Part shown: piece after piece, positions 45,430-55,092 of the stretch
Numbering within the stretch: the stretch's first letter is position 1
Layout: the number at the start of each line of letters is the position of its first letter
Assembly: GCA_001512765.1 (NCBI GenBank)
Contig: LFSO01000019.1
Location: forward strand, 70,969 to 134,968
DNA length: 64,000 nucleotides
Direction of reading: 5' to 3'
Origin: Clostridiales bacterium DTU053
GTDB taxonomy: Bacteria > Bacillota > Clostridia > Oscillospirales > Acutalibacteraceae
Made by a program: the position numbers and the translations under genes
The notes under the pieces: model-generated
The model's input: the letters and a program-made list of their open reading frames with translations, nothing else
Told to the model about the DNA's origin: nothing
The model's database searches: none

Positions 45430-47250
45430 ATGTACTTGGCTTTAAATATTTCGGATATAACAGATAAAATCACCGCGGTGAATGAGACCGCAAACTCTTT
45501 TATCTGGGGCACTCCCCTGCTTATACTTCTTATCGGAACAGGCATATTTTTTACGCTGAGACTTAAGGTTTTTCAGATAACAAAGGCAAAGTACATATTT
45601 AAAGAAACCGTCGGCTCATTGTTTGAAAAGGACAGTGAGGCTAGAAAAAGCGGCAAAGGGTCTATTTCGCAGTTTCAGGCTGTTTCCACTATACTGGCCG
45701 CAACGATTGGAACGGGCAACATTGCGGGAGTCGCCACAGCCATAACCGCGGGCGGCCCGGGAGCAGTTTTCTGGATGTGGATTTCCGCCTTCTTTGGAAT
45801 GATGACTATGTACGCTGAGGGCGTACTTGCGGTTTTTTTCAGGAAAAGAAACAAAGCGGGTGAATGGACGGGCGGCACCATGTATACCCTTGAGGAGGGG
45901 CTGAAAACAAGAGGAGGAACTAAGCGCCTCGCCAAACCCCTTGGCGTTATGTTCGCTGTGATGTGCGTAATTGCCTCTTTTGGGATAGGCAATATGACAC
46001 AGTCCAACTCGATTTCGGACGCTTTAAAGACCAATTTCGGCGTTCCTCTTGCCGTTTCGGGCTTTGCGGTTGCATTTGTTACGGGCATTGTGATTTTCGG
46101 CGGAATTAAGAAAATAGGAGCCGCCGCGGAAAAAATAATGCCCGCCGCTTCTCTTTTTTATATTGCGGCTGCGCTGATTATAATATTCAAAAACTCTCAA
46201 AACCTTCAAAACGCCGCTCTGTCGGTGCTCAATAACGCATTTTCATTAAGGTCCATAGGCGGCGGAATCGGCGGCTACGCTGTTTCAAGGGCTCTTTCTT
46301 TCGGGCTTAGAAGGGGCGTTTTTTCAAATGAGGCGGGACTCGGATCCTCCGCTACGCTTCACGCCGCCTCTGACGCGGCAGAGCCCGCTGTTCAGGGCAT
46401 GTGGGGAATCTTTGCGGTGTTTGTGGATACCATACTCATCTGCTCACTTACCGCCTTTGCGCTGCTTTCTGTCAATGTCAGAGCCCTGCCCATAGATGCC
46501 GCCGCAATGCGCATTACAGAGAAGGGCACATTGGTGGCACTCTCTACATTGCCCGAAAACTCGGAGCGGGATGGGGCGATGGTGCCTCTGATACTCAGAG
46601 AGCCTTTGAATGACGATGACGCTTACAGAAAATATGAGGGGCTATACGGCGTTGCCTACGGCAAAAAGGTAAAGATAATACCAAGCGATGATTTTTACTC
46701 CTCAACTCTATATAACCGCTACACAAATGTCGCGGTTTTGAGGGGTATAGCAAAAGTCGACGCTAAGGGAATGAAAATTCTTGACGGCAAAGGCAGACCG
46801 ATAATTGAATACGCAGAGCTTGCGCCATTGGGCGGCGTGGGACTTGTCAGCACCGCGTTTTCATCTGTACTGGGCAGCGCGGCGGGGAAAATCATCGCAA
46901 TATCAATTTTCCTCTTTGCCTTTGCTACTCTCCTCGGCTGGTCATACAACGGCGGCAAGGCTTTGGAATATCTTTTAAACGGCAAGGGTATGACCGCATA
47001 TAAGTTTATTTTCACGCTGTTTATAATAATCGGCGCCGTGTGCAATCTGGAGCTGGCGTGGAGCATATCCGACACCTTCAACGGACTTATGGCAATTCCA
47101 AACCTTATTGGACTTATTCTCCTGTCGGGTACGGTGGTTAAGATAACCGAAAATTACTTAAAGAGAAAGTCTAACAGGCAGGTCGCGGAAGAAAAGCCAA
47201 TGCTCTCAAACTATGCTGATTTGCAAGCAGAGGCGGAAAAAAGGGTATAA
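45430..47250 (+). CDS. alanine/glycine:cation symporter (AGCS family) with large internal insertion
   Basis: AGCS signature (SQFQAVSTILAATIGTGNIAGVATAITAGGPGAVFWMW). The start is at ATG 45430 or in-frame TTG 45436. At about 606 aa it is longer than usual for the family. Confidence 0.85.
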   Translation: MYLALNISDITDKITAVNETANSFIWGTPLLILLIGTGIFFTLRLKVFQITKAKYIFKETVGSLFEKDSEARKSGKGSISQFQAVSTILAATIGTGNIAGVATAITAGGPGAVFWMWISAFFGMMTMYAEGVLAVFFRKRNKAGEWTGGTMYTLEEGLKTRGGTKRLAKPLGVMFAVMCVIASFGIGNMTQSNSISDALKTNFGVPLAVSGFAVAFVTGIVIFGGIKKIGAAAEKIMPAASLFYIAAALIIIFKNSQNLQNAALSVLNNAFSLRSIGGGIGGYAVSRALSFGLRRGVFSNEAGLGSSATLHAASDAAEPAVQGMWGIFAVFVDTILICSLTAFALLSVNVRALPIDAAAMRITEKGTLVALSTLPENSERDGAMVPLILREPLNDDDAYRKYEGLYGVAYGKKVKIIPSDDFYSSTLYNRYTNVAVLRGIAKVDAKGMKILDGKGRPIIEYAELAPLGGVGLVSTAFSSVLGSAAGKIIAISIFLFAFATLLGWSYNGGKALEYLLNGKGMTAYKFIFTLFIIIGAVCNLELAWSISDTFNGLMAIPNLIGLILLSGTVVKITENYLKRKSNRQVAEEKPMLSNYADLQAEAEKRV

Positions 47251-47253
47251 AAA

Positions 47254-47287
47254 AGAGCCGAAACTTTCGTTTCGGCTCTGTGTTTTT
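47254..47287. terminator. bidirectional terminator (AGCS gene / hydA)
   Basis: AGAGCCGAAAC-tttc-GTTTCGGCTCT with an A-run before it and GTGTTTTT after it. Confidence 0.8.
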
Positions 47288-47289
47288 AA

Positions 47290-49284
47290 TTAGGCGTTTG
47301 CCTTAACAAGGCACTTTTCGATTTCCTCAACAACCTTGTCATATGTGCAGTGATAGAGGTTCTTGCCGTTAATGCTTACTGCGGGACCCTTGCTGCACTG
47401 CTCGGTGCAGAAGGAAGCCTTGAAGTTTACAAGATCCTCGATGCCCTTGTCACGGACATACTGTGAAAGCTGGGTGTAGAGGTTCTGAGCGCCTCTCTCG
47501 AAGCATCTTTCGCCCAGGCAGATTGAAAGCTCAATCTTTGCGGACTCGTGCTTTTTGGAGAGTTCAAGGTCGCCGGAAGCAATTCTGCGCCTGTTCTTAT
47601 ACTTGGTGTGGAAGAGCTCGTGGGCAAGCTCCTCTGTGATTTCGTCTGCGTAAATCTTCTGGAGATAGGGGTTCTCGTCGGAGCTGTGGTACTCTAGATT
47701 TCTGTCGTTCTCGTAAAGACCCATTGCTCTGTCGTGAACAGCGGATTTGTTCTCGGATACGGGCTGGCCGCCGCCGTTTACGCAGCCGCCGCAGCATGCC
47801 ATAACCTCGATAAGGTCATAGTGCTCTTCGCCGCGCCTTACCTTTTCGATAAGTCTCTTGGCGTTTGCAAGTCCGCTGACAACAGCCAGACGGAGCTTAA
47901 GGTCGCCGAGTTTTACCTCTGTAGTCTTAACGCCCTGGAGAGCTCTGAGCTGTGTGAACTCAAGCTTTACGCCCTTTACAAGGCTTGCTGCCGCAAAGCG
48001 GAGAACTGCCTCGCTTACGCCGCCGGAGCTGCCGAAGATGACGCCTGCGCCTGTCTTGAAGCCGAAGGGCATATCAAACTCTTCATTTTCAAGCTCTGCG
48101 AACTTAATGCCTCTCTCCTTAATCATGACGGAGAGCTCCTGAGTGGTGAGAACAAAGTCAACATCGGGGTTGCCGTCAACAGAGAACTCGGGGCGCTGTG
48201 CCTCGAACTTCTTGGCTGTGCAGGGCATTACGGATACTACGACAATATTCTCTCTGGGGATGTTCATATCCTTGGAGAGGAGCTCCTTGCAAAGGGAGCC
48301 GAACATCTGCTGGGGTGACTTGCAGGTTGAGAGGTTATTGAGGTAGTCGGGATAATACTGCTCTGCGTACTTTACCCATGCGGGGCAGCAGGATGTGAAC
48401 TGGGGCAGTCTTTCGCCCTTCTTGAATCTCTCAAGGAACTCTCTGCCCTCTTCGATAACTGTAAAGTCTGCCGCGAAGGAGGTATCGTAAACCTTGTCAA
48501 AGCCGAGTCTTCTGAGGGCCGAAACCATGCGGCCTGTGGTGAGCTCGCCGGGCTTAAAGCCGAAATACTCACCGATTGCGACTCTGACAGCGGGTGCTAT
48601 CTGAACGACAACATACTTTTCGGGGTCAAGGAGAACATTCCAAACCTCGTTGGTCTGATATTTGGGGATAAGTGCGCCAACGGGGCAAACCTTGATGCAC
48701 TGGCCGCAGTTTACGCACTCAACATCGCCGATGCCCTTGTTGAAGTAAGGTGTAACCTTAGCGTCCGCGCCTCTGTTAGCGAAATCAAGAACGCCAACGG
48801 ACTGGATTTCCTTACATACTCTTACGCAGTCGCCGCAGAGAACGCACTTAGCGGAATCTCTGTAGATTGCGGGTGAGCTGAGGTCCGGCTCTGGGAACTC
48901 GGTGCGCTGCTTAAATCTTACCTTTACAATGCCCATCTGCTTTGCGATTCTCTGGAGTTTGCAGGTACCGCTCTTGGGGCATGTGGTGCAGCTCTGGTCA
49001 TGGCTTGCGAGCATAAGCTCGACAATTATTTTTCTCATGTCTCTGAGCTGCTTTGTGTTTGTCTTGACCTTCATTCCGTCATAGACTCTTGTGGAGCAGG
49101 AGGGAACGATGCCCATGCCTTCAACCTCAACCATGCACATACGGCAGGCGCCTGCTATGCTGATTTCGGAGTGATAGCAGAATGTGGGCAGGTCAATCTT
49201 AGCTTTTCTAATGAGCTCAAGCAGGTTGGGCTCGTTATCTATCTTAACTTCTATGCCGTCAATAATTGCTGTTTTATCTGCCAT
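47290..49284 (-). CDS. hydA: [FeFe]-hydrogenase catalytic subunit (multimeric NAD/ferredoxin-linked type)
   Basis: About 664 aa from ATG 49284 (GAGGTG RBS). N-terminal 2Fe-2S and 4Fe-4S domains. H-cluster motifs TSCCPAW, MPCTAKKFE and EVMACCGGCVNGGGQP. A C-terminal CX4C...CX3C thioredoxin-like 2Fe-2S domain. Confidence 0.93.
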   Translation of the reverse strand: MADKTAIIDGIEVKIDNEPNLLELIRKAKIDLPTFCYHSEISIAGACRMCMVEVEGMGIVPSCSTRVYDGMKVKTNTKQLRDMRKIIVELMLASHDQSCTTCPKSGTCKLQRIAKQMGIVKVRFKQRTEFPEPDLSSPAIYRDSAKCVLCGDCVRVCKEIQSVGVLDFANRGADAKVTPYFNKGIGDVECVNCGQCIKVCPVGALIPKYQTNEVWNVLLDPEKYVVVQIAPAVRVAIGEYFGFKPGELTTGRMVSALRRLGFDKVYDTSFAADFTVIEEGREFLERFKKGERLPQFTSCCPAWVKYAEQYYPDYLNNLSTCKSPQQMFGSLCKELLSKDMNIPRENIVVVSVMPCTAKKFEAQRPEFSVDGNPDVDFVLTTQELSVMIKERGIKFAELENEEFDMPFGFKTGAGVIFGSSGGVSEAVLRFAAASLVKGVKLEFTQLRALQGVKTTEVKLGDLKLRLAVVSGLANAKRLIEKVRRGEEHYDLIEVMACCGGCVNGGGQPVSENKSAVHDRAMGLYENDRNLEYHSSDENPYLQKIYADEITEELAHELFHTKYKNRRRIASGDLELSKKHESAKIELSICLGERCFERGAQNLYTQLSQYVRDKGIEDLVNFKASFCTEQCSKGPAVSINGKNLYHCTYDKVVEEIEKCLVKANA

Positions 49285-49294
49285 TGGTTTCACC

Positions 49295-51184
49295 TCACAT
49301 TACTAATACAGCATCAAACTTGCAAGCGTCTATGCAGCTTCCGCATTTAATGCACTTTTCAACATCAATTGTGTAGGGCTCTGTCTTTGAACCGGTAATT
49401 GCGTCAACGGGGCATTTTCTTGCGCACAGACCGCACTTCTTGCACTTTGCCGCATCGATGCTGTACTGCTTAAACGCTTCGCACTTGCCTGCCGGGCAGC
49501 GCTTATCCCTGATGTGCGCGATATATTCATCTCTGAAGTATCTGAGAGTTGAGAGAACCGGGTTGGGAGCGCTCTTGCCGAGGGCGCAGAGCGAACCTGT
49601 CTGAACGGTCTTTGCGAGCTCCTCGAGAAGGTCGAGGGTTTCCATTGTTGCGTCGCCGTTGAGAATGTCGTCAAGGAGAAGGAGCATCTGCTTTGTTCCC
49701 TCACGGCATACAACGCACTTGCCGCAGGACTCGTTCTGTGTGAACTGCATGAAGAACCTTGCGATCTGGACTATGCAGGTCTGGTTGTTCATAACGACAA
49801 GACCGCCGGAGCCGACCATTGCGCCAACCTCTTTGAGGCTTTCGTACTCGATGGGCAGGTCGATATGTTCCTGAGTAAGGCATCCGCCTGAGGGGCCGCC
49901 GATCTGAACAGCCTTGTAGTCGGTGCCGCAAACGGTTCCGTCGTCGTTTACAACGCCGCCGCCGATTTTGCCGACGATTTCTCTTAATGTGGTGCCGAAG
50001 GGAATCTCAATAAGACCTGTGTTAACGACATGACCTGTAAGCGAGAAGGTCTTTGTGCCCTTTGAGCCTTCGGTGCCGATGGCTGCGTAGTTCTTTGCGC
50101 CCATTCTTAAAATCATCGGGATAGAGGCAAGGGTCTCAACATTGTTGATGGCAGTGGGCTTGCCGAAAAGACCCTTTTCTGCCGGGAAGGTCGGCTTCGG
50201 GCTGGGCATGCCTCTCTTGCCTTCGATTGAAGCGATGAGGGCTGTTTCCTCGCCGCATACGAATGCGCCTGCGCCTTCCTTAATCTCTATATCAAAGTTC
50301 ATGCCGGAGCCGAAAATATTTTCGCCAAGAATACCGGCTTTTCTTGCGTCCTCAACTGCTTTCCTGAGTCTCTTAACAGCGAGAGGATACTCTGTACGGA
50401 CATATACATAGCCGTGGGTTGCGCCGATTGCCTTTGCGGCGATCATAAGACCCTCAAGAACCGCATGGGGTGTACCCTCCATAACGCAGCTGTCCATAAA
50501 TGCGCCGGGGTCGCCTTCGTCGCCGTTGCAGATAACATATTTTACATCGCTCTTCTGCATTCTGGTTAAATCCCATTTGCGTCCTGTGGGGAAACCTGCG
50601 CCGCCGCGGCCTCTGATGCCGGAAGCAAGGATTTCGTCGCAGATTTCCTTATCGGTCATCTCAAGGATTGCCTTGCGTGCCATCTCATAACCGCCGTTGG
50701 CTATATACTCGTCAAGGTCCTGAGCGTCGATTCTGCCGCACATATCCAGAACTTTTCTCATCTGGGTTGCGTAGAAGGGGATTTCCTGCGTGGTCTTGCA
50801 CGGAGTATTTGTATCGGGGGTATGATAAAGGAGTCTTTCGACTATCTCGTTGTTTACAAGAGTTTTGTCAATGATTTCTTCAACATCCTCAGGCTTTACT
50901 CTTACATAAAGAACGCCTGCGGGATATACGGTTACCAGCGGGCTCATCTGGCAGAAGCCCTGACATCCGCTTTCGGAAAGCAGGTAGTCAGCCTTCTCTC
51001 TCTCCAGAGAAACGGTGAATGACAGACCCTTATCTTTAAGCACCTTCTTAAAGCGCTCATAAAGGACAACGGCGCCGTTGGCAACGCAGCCGGTTCCGCC
51101 GCATACCACTATGCGGGCCTTATAATTTTTCATGCATTCATCGAACGCGGCTTTTATATGTTCAAGGACCTTAGCATCAGACAT
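49295..51184 (-). CDS. hydB: NuoF-like flavoprotein subunit of the hydrogenase (NAD(H)/FMN binding, Fe-S)
   Basis: 629 aa. NuoF core (GRGGAGFPTGRKW, ESCGKCVVCREG) plus an N-terminal thioredoxin-like domain and two C-terminal ferredoxin CX2CX2CX3CP motifs. Confidence 0.92.
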   Translation of the reverse strand: MSDAKVLEHIKAAFDECMKNYKARIVVCGGTGCVANGAVVLYERFKKVLKDKGLSFTVSLEREKADYLLSESGCQGFCQMSPLVTVYPAGVLYVRVKPEDVEEIIDKTLVNNEIVERLLYHTPDTNTPCKTTQEIPFYATQMRKVLDMCGRIDAQDLDEYIANGGYEMARKAILEMTDKEICDEILASGIRGRGGAGFPTGRKWDLTRMQKSDVKYVICNGDEGDPGAFMDSCVMEGTPHAVLEGLMIAAKAIGATHGYVYVRTEYPLAVKRLRKAVEDARKAGILGENIFGSGMNFDIEIKEGAGAFVCGEETALIASIEGKRGMPSPKPTFPAEKGLFGKPTAINNVETLASIPMILRMGAKNYAAIGTEGSKGTKTFSLTGHVVNTGLIEIPFGTTLREIVGKIGGGVVNDDGTVCGTDYKAVQIGGPSGGCLTQEHIDLPIEYESLKEVGAMVGSGGLVVMNNQTCIVQIARFFMQFTQNESCGKCVVCREGTKQMLLLLDDILNGDATMETLDLLEELAKTVQTGSLCALGKSAPNPVLSTLRYFRDEYIAHIRDKRCPAGKCEAFKQYSIDAAKCKKCGLCARKCPVDAITGSKTEPYTIDVEKCIKCGSCIDACKFDAVLVM

Positions 51185-51683
51185 TTTCTACACCTTCCTG
51201 TTCCTGCTTCTTAATATCTTCGATGAGCTTTATTGTTGAGTCGGGCGTCATCAAGCCGTGAACCTCACCATTTATAACAACTGCGGGAGCAAGGCTGCAT
51301 GCGCCGAGGCATGCGACTGTCTCAACAGTAAACAGGCCGTCGGAAGTTGTTTTTTTGTTCTTGCCGAGGCCGAGGTGCTTCTGCAGAGCCTTTAATATAT
51401 CCTCGGACTTCTTAACATGGCATGCTGTGCCGTCGCAGATGCGGATGATATATTTGCCCTTGGGCTCCAGTGTGAAGTGGGAATAGAATGTGGCAACACC
51501 GTATACCGATGAAGGAGGAATACCCAGAGCTGTGGAGACATAAGTCATAATCTCCTCAGGCAGATAGGTATATTCCGCCTGCAGTTCCTGAAGTATGGCG
51601 ATTAAATGATGCGGATTTCTCTCATGTCTGTCAAGAATCTCACAAACCTTATCGAACTTCGCTGTGATAATATCTTCCATCAT
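51177..51683 (-). CDS. hydC: NuoE-like 2Fe-2S subunit of the hydrogenase
   Basis: About 168 aa from ATG 51683 (AAGGAG upstream). CDGTAC...CLGACSLAP thioredoxin-like 2Fe-2S pattern. Overlaps the hydB start by 8 nt. Confidence 0.9.
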   Translation of the reverse strand: MMEDIITAKFDKVCEILDRHERNPHHLIAILQELQAEYTYLPEEIMTYVSTALGIPPSSVYGVATFYSHFTLEPKGKYIIRICDGTACHVKKSEDILKALQKHLGLGKNKKTTSDGLFTVETVACLGACSLAPAVVINGEVHGLMTPDSTIKLIEDIKKQEQEGVENV

Positions 51684-51724
51684 AAGACTCCTTTTTTCCA
51701 AATTGATTATATACTTTCGGAGCA

Positions 51725-52384
51725 TTAAGGCTGTTTGGAGCCTGCAATCTCCGCAAGTTTCTTATTAATTATTGTAAGGGACGAGACTATGTTCTCATTC
51801 TGAACGATTATGCCCTCGGGGACATTGAGCATAACGGGGGCAAAGTTCCAGATTGCCTTTATGTTCGACTTTATAAGCAAGTCGCAGGTTGACTGGGCTG
51901 CCTCCGCGGGAACGGTTATGATGCCGATTGCGGCGTCGGTGCTTTGGCAGAATTCCCGGAGGGAAGCGATGTGATACACGGGCTTTCCCGCGATTTCCGT
52001 TCCGACTACCGAGGGGTCCGAATCGAACGCGGCGATGATTTTGAGTCCGTATGCCTCAAAGCCTTTGTAGGCAAGAAGCGCTCTGCCCAGATGACCTACG
52101 CCCACGAGTATGCCGCAGTTATTGTCCTCGCAGCCTATGTAGGCTTGAATGTCTCTTATCAGAACATCGATTTCAAAGCCTTTTTTGGGCTTGCCCGCTA
52201 CGGAGCTGATTGCCGCGATGTCCTTTCTGACCTGCACCTCGTTAAGGTCCAGCTCGCTCGCTATGACAGGGGCGGAGATATAAGCAACATCGGTGTTTTT
52301 GAGGCTCTTAAGGTAGCTCAGATAGTATGGCAAACGCCTTAAAGTGTTTGCCGAGACCTGATTCGGAGTACTCTTTTCGCTCAT
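51725..52384 (-). CDS. rex: redox-sensing transcriptional repressor Rex
   Basis: 219 aa. Winged-helix N-terminus (TLRRLPYYLSYL) and a Rossmann domain (ILVGVGHLGRALL). Lies immediately upstream of hydCBA. Confidence 0.92.
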   Translation of the reverse strand: MSEKSTPNQVSANTLRRLPYYLSYLKSLKNTDVAYISAPVIASELDLNEVQVRKDIAAISSVAGKPKKGFEIDVLIRDIQAYIGCEDNNCGILVGVGHLGRALLAYKGFEAYGLKIIAAFDSDPSVVGTEIAGKPVYHIASLREFCQSTDAAIGIITVPAEAAQSTCDLLIKSNIKAIWNFAPVMLNVPEGIIVQNENIVSSLTIINKKLAEIAGSKQP

Positions 52385-52635
52385 GCCCGGCCCTCCATTT
52401 CCCTGACTTTTTTCTTCGGTTTTCGATATAATTATAGCATATTTTCGTGAATGTTAAAATAATATCAGTAAAATTATATCGATAAAACCTAAATTATTTT
52501 AAATGCATAAGTACAAAAAGTCAATAGAAATGAAAATATTATTGTTTTTGGGCAAAAAAATGAGCCAAATCCATAAAATTCAGACTTGGCTTCTATATAT
52601 TTTAGACACTTTTTCAGGGGTCAATAAACGGGATA

Positions 52636-53766
52636 TTATATCCTTTTTACCAGTCTGTCTTTATTGGAAAAATAGAAATCTTCAAATGTATCGTTATCAA
52701 GGGCGTTTCTGATTTTTTCCATCAGATTGTTGTAGAAATAAAGGTTGTGGATAACCGCAAGGCGCATGCCCAGCATCTCCCCCGCTTTCATTAGGTGCCT
52801 GATATATCCTCTTGATGCAGTGCGGCAGGCGGGGCATTGGCATTCGGGGTCAATGGGGCTGTCGTCAAGCTCGTACTTTGCGTTGTTGATATTGATGATG
52901 CCGTCCCATGTAAACAGGTGACCGTGCCTTGCGTTTCTGCTCGGCATTACGCAGTCAAAGAGGTCGACTCCCCTTTTGACTCCCTCCAGGATGTTTTCGG
53001 GAGTGCCCACGCCCATGAGGTATCTGGGCTTGTCCTTGGGCATGAAGGGCTCAACGACGGAAATTATCCTATACATTACCTCTTTGGGCTCGCCCACCGC
53101 AAGTCCGCCGATTGCGTAGCCGTCAAGGTCCAGCTTTGCTATTTCCTCCATGTGCTTTGCCCTTAAATCGTCAAAGACGGAGCCTTGGTTTATACCGAAA
53201 AGCATCTGCTTTTTGTTGACCGCGTCGGGTCTTGCAATCAGCTCGTTGTGCTTTTCGAGGCATCTTATAAGCCAGCGGGTTGTTCTATCGCAGGAAAGCT
53301 TAGCGTAATCGTATGGGGCGGGGTTTTCTACGCATTCATCAAACGCCATGGCTATGTCGGAGCCCAGGTTTGCCTGAATGGTCATGCTCTCCTCAGGCCC
53401 GATGAAAATTCTTCTGCCGTCTATATGGGAGTTGAAGCTGACTCCCTCCTCCTTAATATCCCTCAGCTTTGCCAGGGAAAAGACCTGAAAGCCGCCGCTG
53501 TCGGTAAGGATTGTTCCGTCCCAGCCTGTGAACTTATGAAGTCCTCCGAAGGCTTTGACGATTTCATCGCCGGGTCTTAAATGCAGGTGATAGGTATTGC
53601 AAAGCATTACCTGACATTTAAGGTCCTTTAAGTCATAGGCGGACAGCCCGCCTTTTATAGCTGCCGCTGTGGCGACATTCATAAAAGCAGGCGTCTGAAC
53701 CGTTCCGTGGGCTGTGGTAAACTCGCCCCTTCTTGCTGTATTGCATTGTTTCAACAGTTTAAACAT
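52636..53766 (-). CDS. tgt: queuine tRNA-ribosyltransferase (tRNA-guanine transglycosylase)
   Basis: 376 aa. TPAFMNVAT, DSGGFQ and the zinc site CxCxxC...H (CQCPACR...IRH). Confidence 0.96.
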   Translation of the reverse strand: MFKLLKQCNTARRGEFTTAHGTVQTPAFMNVATAAAIKGGLSAYDLKDLKCQVMLCNTYHLHLRPGDEIVKAFGGLHKFTGWDGTILTDSGGFQVFSLAKLRDIKEEGVSFNSHIDGRRIFIGPEESMTIQANLGSDIAMAFDECVENPAPYDYAKLSCDRTTRWLIRCLEKHNELIARPDAVNKKQMLFGINQGSVFDDLRAKHMEEIAKLDLDGYAIGGLAVGEPKEVMYRIISVVEPFMPKDKPRYLMGVGTPENILEGVKRGVDLFDCVMPSRNARHGHLFTWDGIININNAKYELDDSPIDPECQCPACRTASRGYIRHLMKAGEMLGMRLAVIHNLYFYNNLMEKIRNALDNDTFEDFYFSNKDRLVKRI

Positions 53767-53876
53767 TTAGGCACCAACTTTTGTTTGCTTTTATTAAATA
53801 GAGTCCTGTCAAGCCCGTATTGCATAAATTAATAACGGGCGAAAAAATAAACTTAAAAATTAGAAAGTAAATTTTA

Positions 53877-54902
53877 TTAAATGATAAACATCGCGTCGCC
53901 GAAAGAGAAGAACCTGTAGCGTTCTTTTACAGCCTCGTTATAAGCTCTTAGGGTGTTTTCCCTGCCGCAGAAGGCGGCTACAAGCATAATGAGGGTGCTT
54001 TCGGGCAGGTGGAAATTGGTGATTAGACCGTCTATGCACTTGAACTTATAACCGGGATATATGAAAATATCCGTTTCCGCGCTGCAGGGGGTTACATAGC
54101 CTCTTTCGTCGCTGTTGCTCTCAAGGGTTCTGCAGGAGGTTGTTCCGACTGAGATTACCCTGCCGCCGTTATCCCTTGTGGAGTTTATGATTTCGGCAGC
54201 TTTTTCGCTGATAGTGTAGCTCTCAAAGTGCATTTTATGGTCCTCTATATTCTCCGCTTTGACGGGTCTGAAGGTTCCGATGCCGATATGAAGAGTAATA
54301 TAAGCCAGCTTTACTCCCTTCTTTTCGATTTCCCTCAGCATTTCCTCGGTAAAGTGCAGACCCGCAGTAGGAGCCGCCGCGGAGCCCAGCTTCTTTGAGT
54401 AAACGGTCTGATACCTTTCGCTGTCCTCCAGCTTTTTCTTGATATAAGGCGGCAGCGGAATTTCGCCGATTCTCTCCAGCACCTCAAGGAAAATGCCGTC
54501 ATATATGAGCTTTATGAGTCTGTTGCCGTTGTCAAGCTCCTCTTCCACGACTCCGCGCATTATGCCGTTGCCGAAAGTAAACTCGCTGCCCTTCTTAGCT
54601 CTTCTTGCGGGACCCGCCATAGCCTCCCAGACATCGTTACCCATATTCTTCAGAAGCAGAAACTCCACATGGGCGCCTGTGGGGATTTTTGTGCCGATAA
54701 GCCTTGCGGGCAGCACCCTTGTGTCGTTGAGAACAAGACAATCCCCCGGATTAAGATAGTTTATAAGCTCGGGGAATCTGGTGTGGGTAATTTCCCCCGT
54801 TCTTCTGTCCAGTTTTAATAGTCTTGAATCGGTTCTGTTTTTGGGAGGCTCCTGGGCAATCAGCTCTTCGGGAAGATCAAAATAAAAATCGCTTTTTTTC
54901 AT
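53877..54902 (-). CDS. queA: S-adenosylmethionine:tRNA ribosyltransferase-isomerase
   Basis: 341 aa from ATG 54902 (GGAG 8 nt upstream). The conserved start [12 protein letters not shown] and motifs PLPPYI and VGTTS. Confidence 0.95.
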   Translation of the reverse strand: MKKSDFYFDLPEELIAQEPPKNRTDSRLLKLDRRTGEITHTRFPELINYLNPGDCLVLNDTRVLPARLIGTKIPTGAHVEFLLLKNMGNDVWEAMAGPARRAKKGSEFTFGNGIMRGVVEEELDNGNRLIKLIYDGIFLEVLERIGEIPLPPYIKKKLEDSERYQTVYSKKLGSAAAPTAGLHFTEEMLREIEKKGVKLAYITLHIGIGTFRPVKAENIEDHKMHFESYTISEKAAEIINSTRDNGGRVISVGTTSCRTLESNSDERGYVTPCSAETDIFIYPGYKFKCIDGLITNFHLPESTLIMLVAAFCGRENTLRAYNEAVKERYRFFSFGDAMFII

Positions 54903-55092
54903 AAAAATTACTCCAAAAAATTTTGACTCAGCTCTAAAATCGTTTGACTTCAACGAGTTCAAGTGTTATTATATAAAATAATTAAACTTTAAATTGGGGA
55001 AGAATTTTATTTTTCCATCGCATACTTGAATATTATATTGCAGAAACATATTAAAAACAATAGCAATTTATTTGTCAAGTCGGAGGATACAT

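Noticed and set aside
52451-52467. Possible Rex operator (ATGTTAAAATAATATCA) upstream of rex
   Set aside because: Only one half-site (TGTTAA) fits the TTGTTAA-N4-TTAACAA type consensus; the other half is poor. It needs a PWM scan, so it is not reported as a feature.
52503-52712. 69-aa plus-strand ORF in the rex-tgt spacer
   Set aside because: It overlaps the 3' end of tgt on the opposite strand, is AT-rich with a Lys/Ile/Leu-biased composition, and has no RBS.
54963-55092. Lysine riboswitch (L-box) ahead of asd-dapA-dapB, and preQ1 riboswitch ahead of queA
   Set aside because: The shared spacer between the queA start (54902) and the asd start (55093) is only about 190 nt. It is very AT-rich, lacks the conserved L-box GAGGCGC/helix junction elements, and lacks a preQ1 AGAGGTTC...CCCTC pattern.
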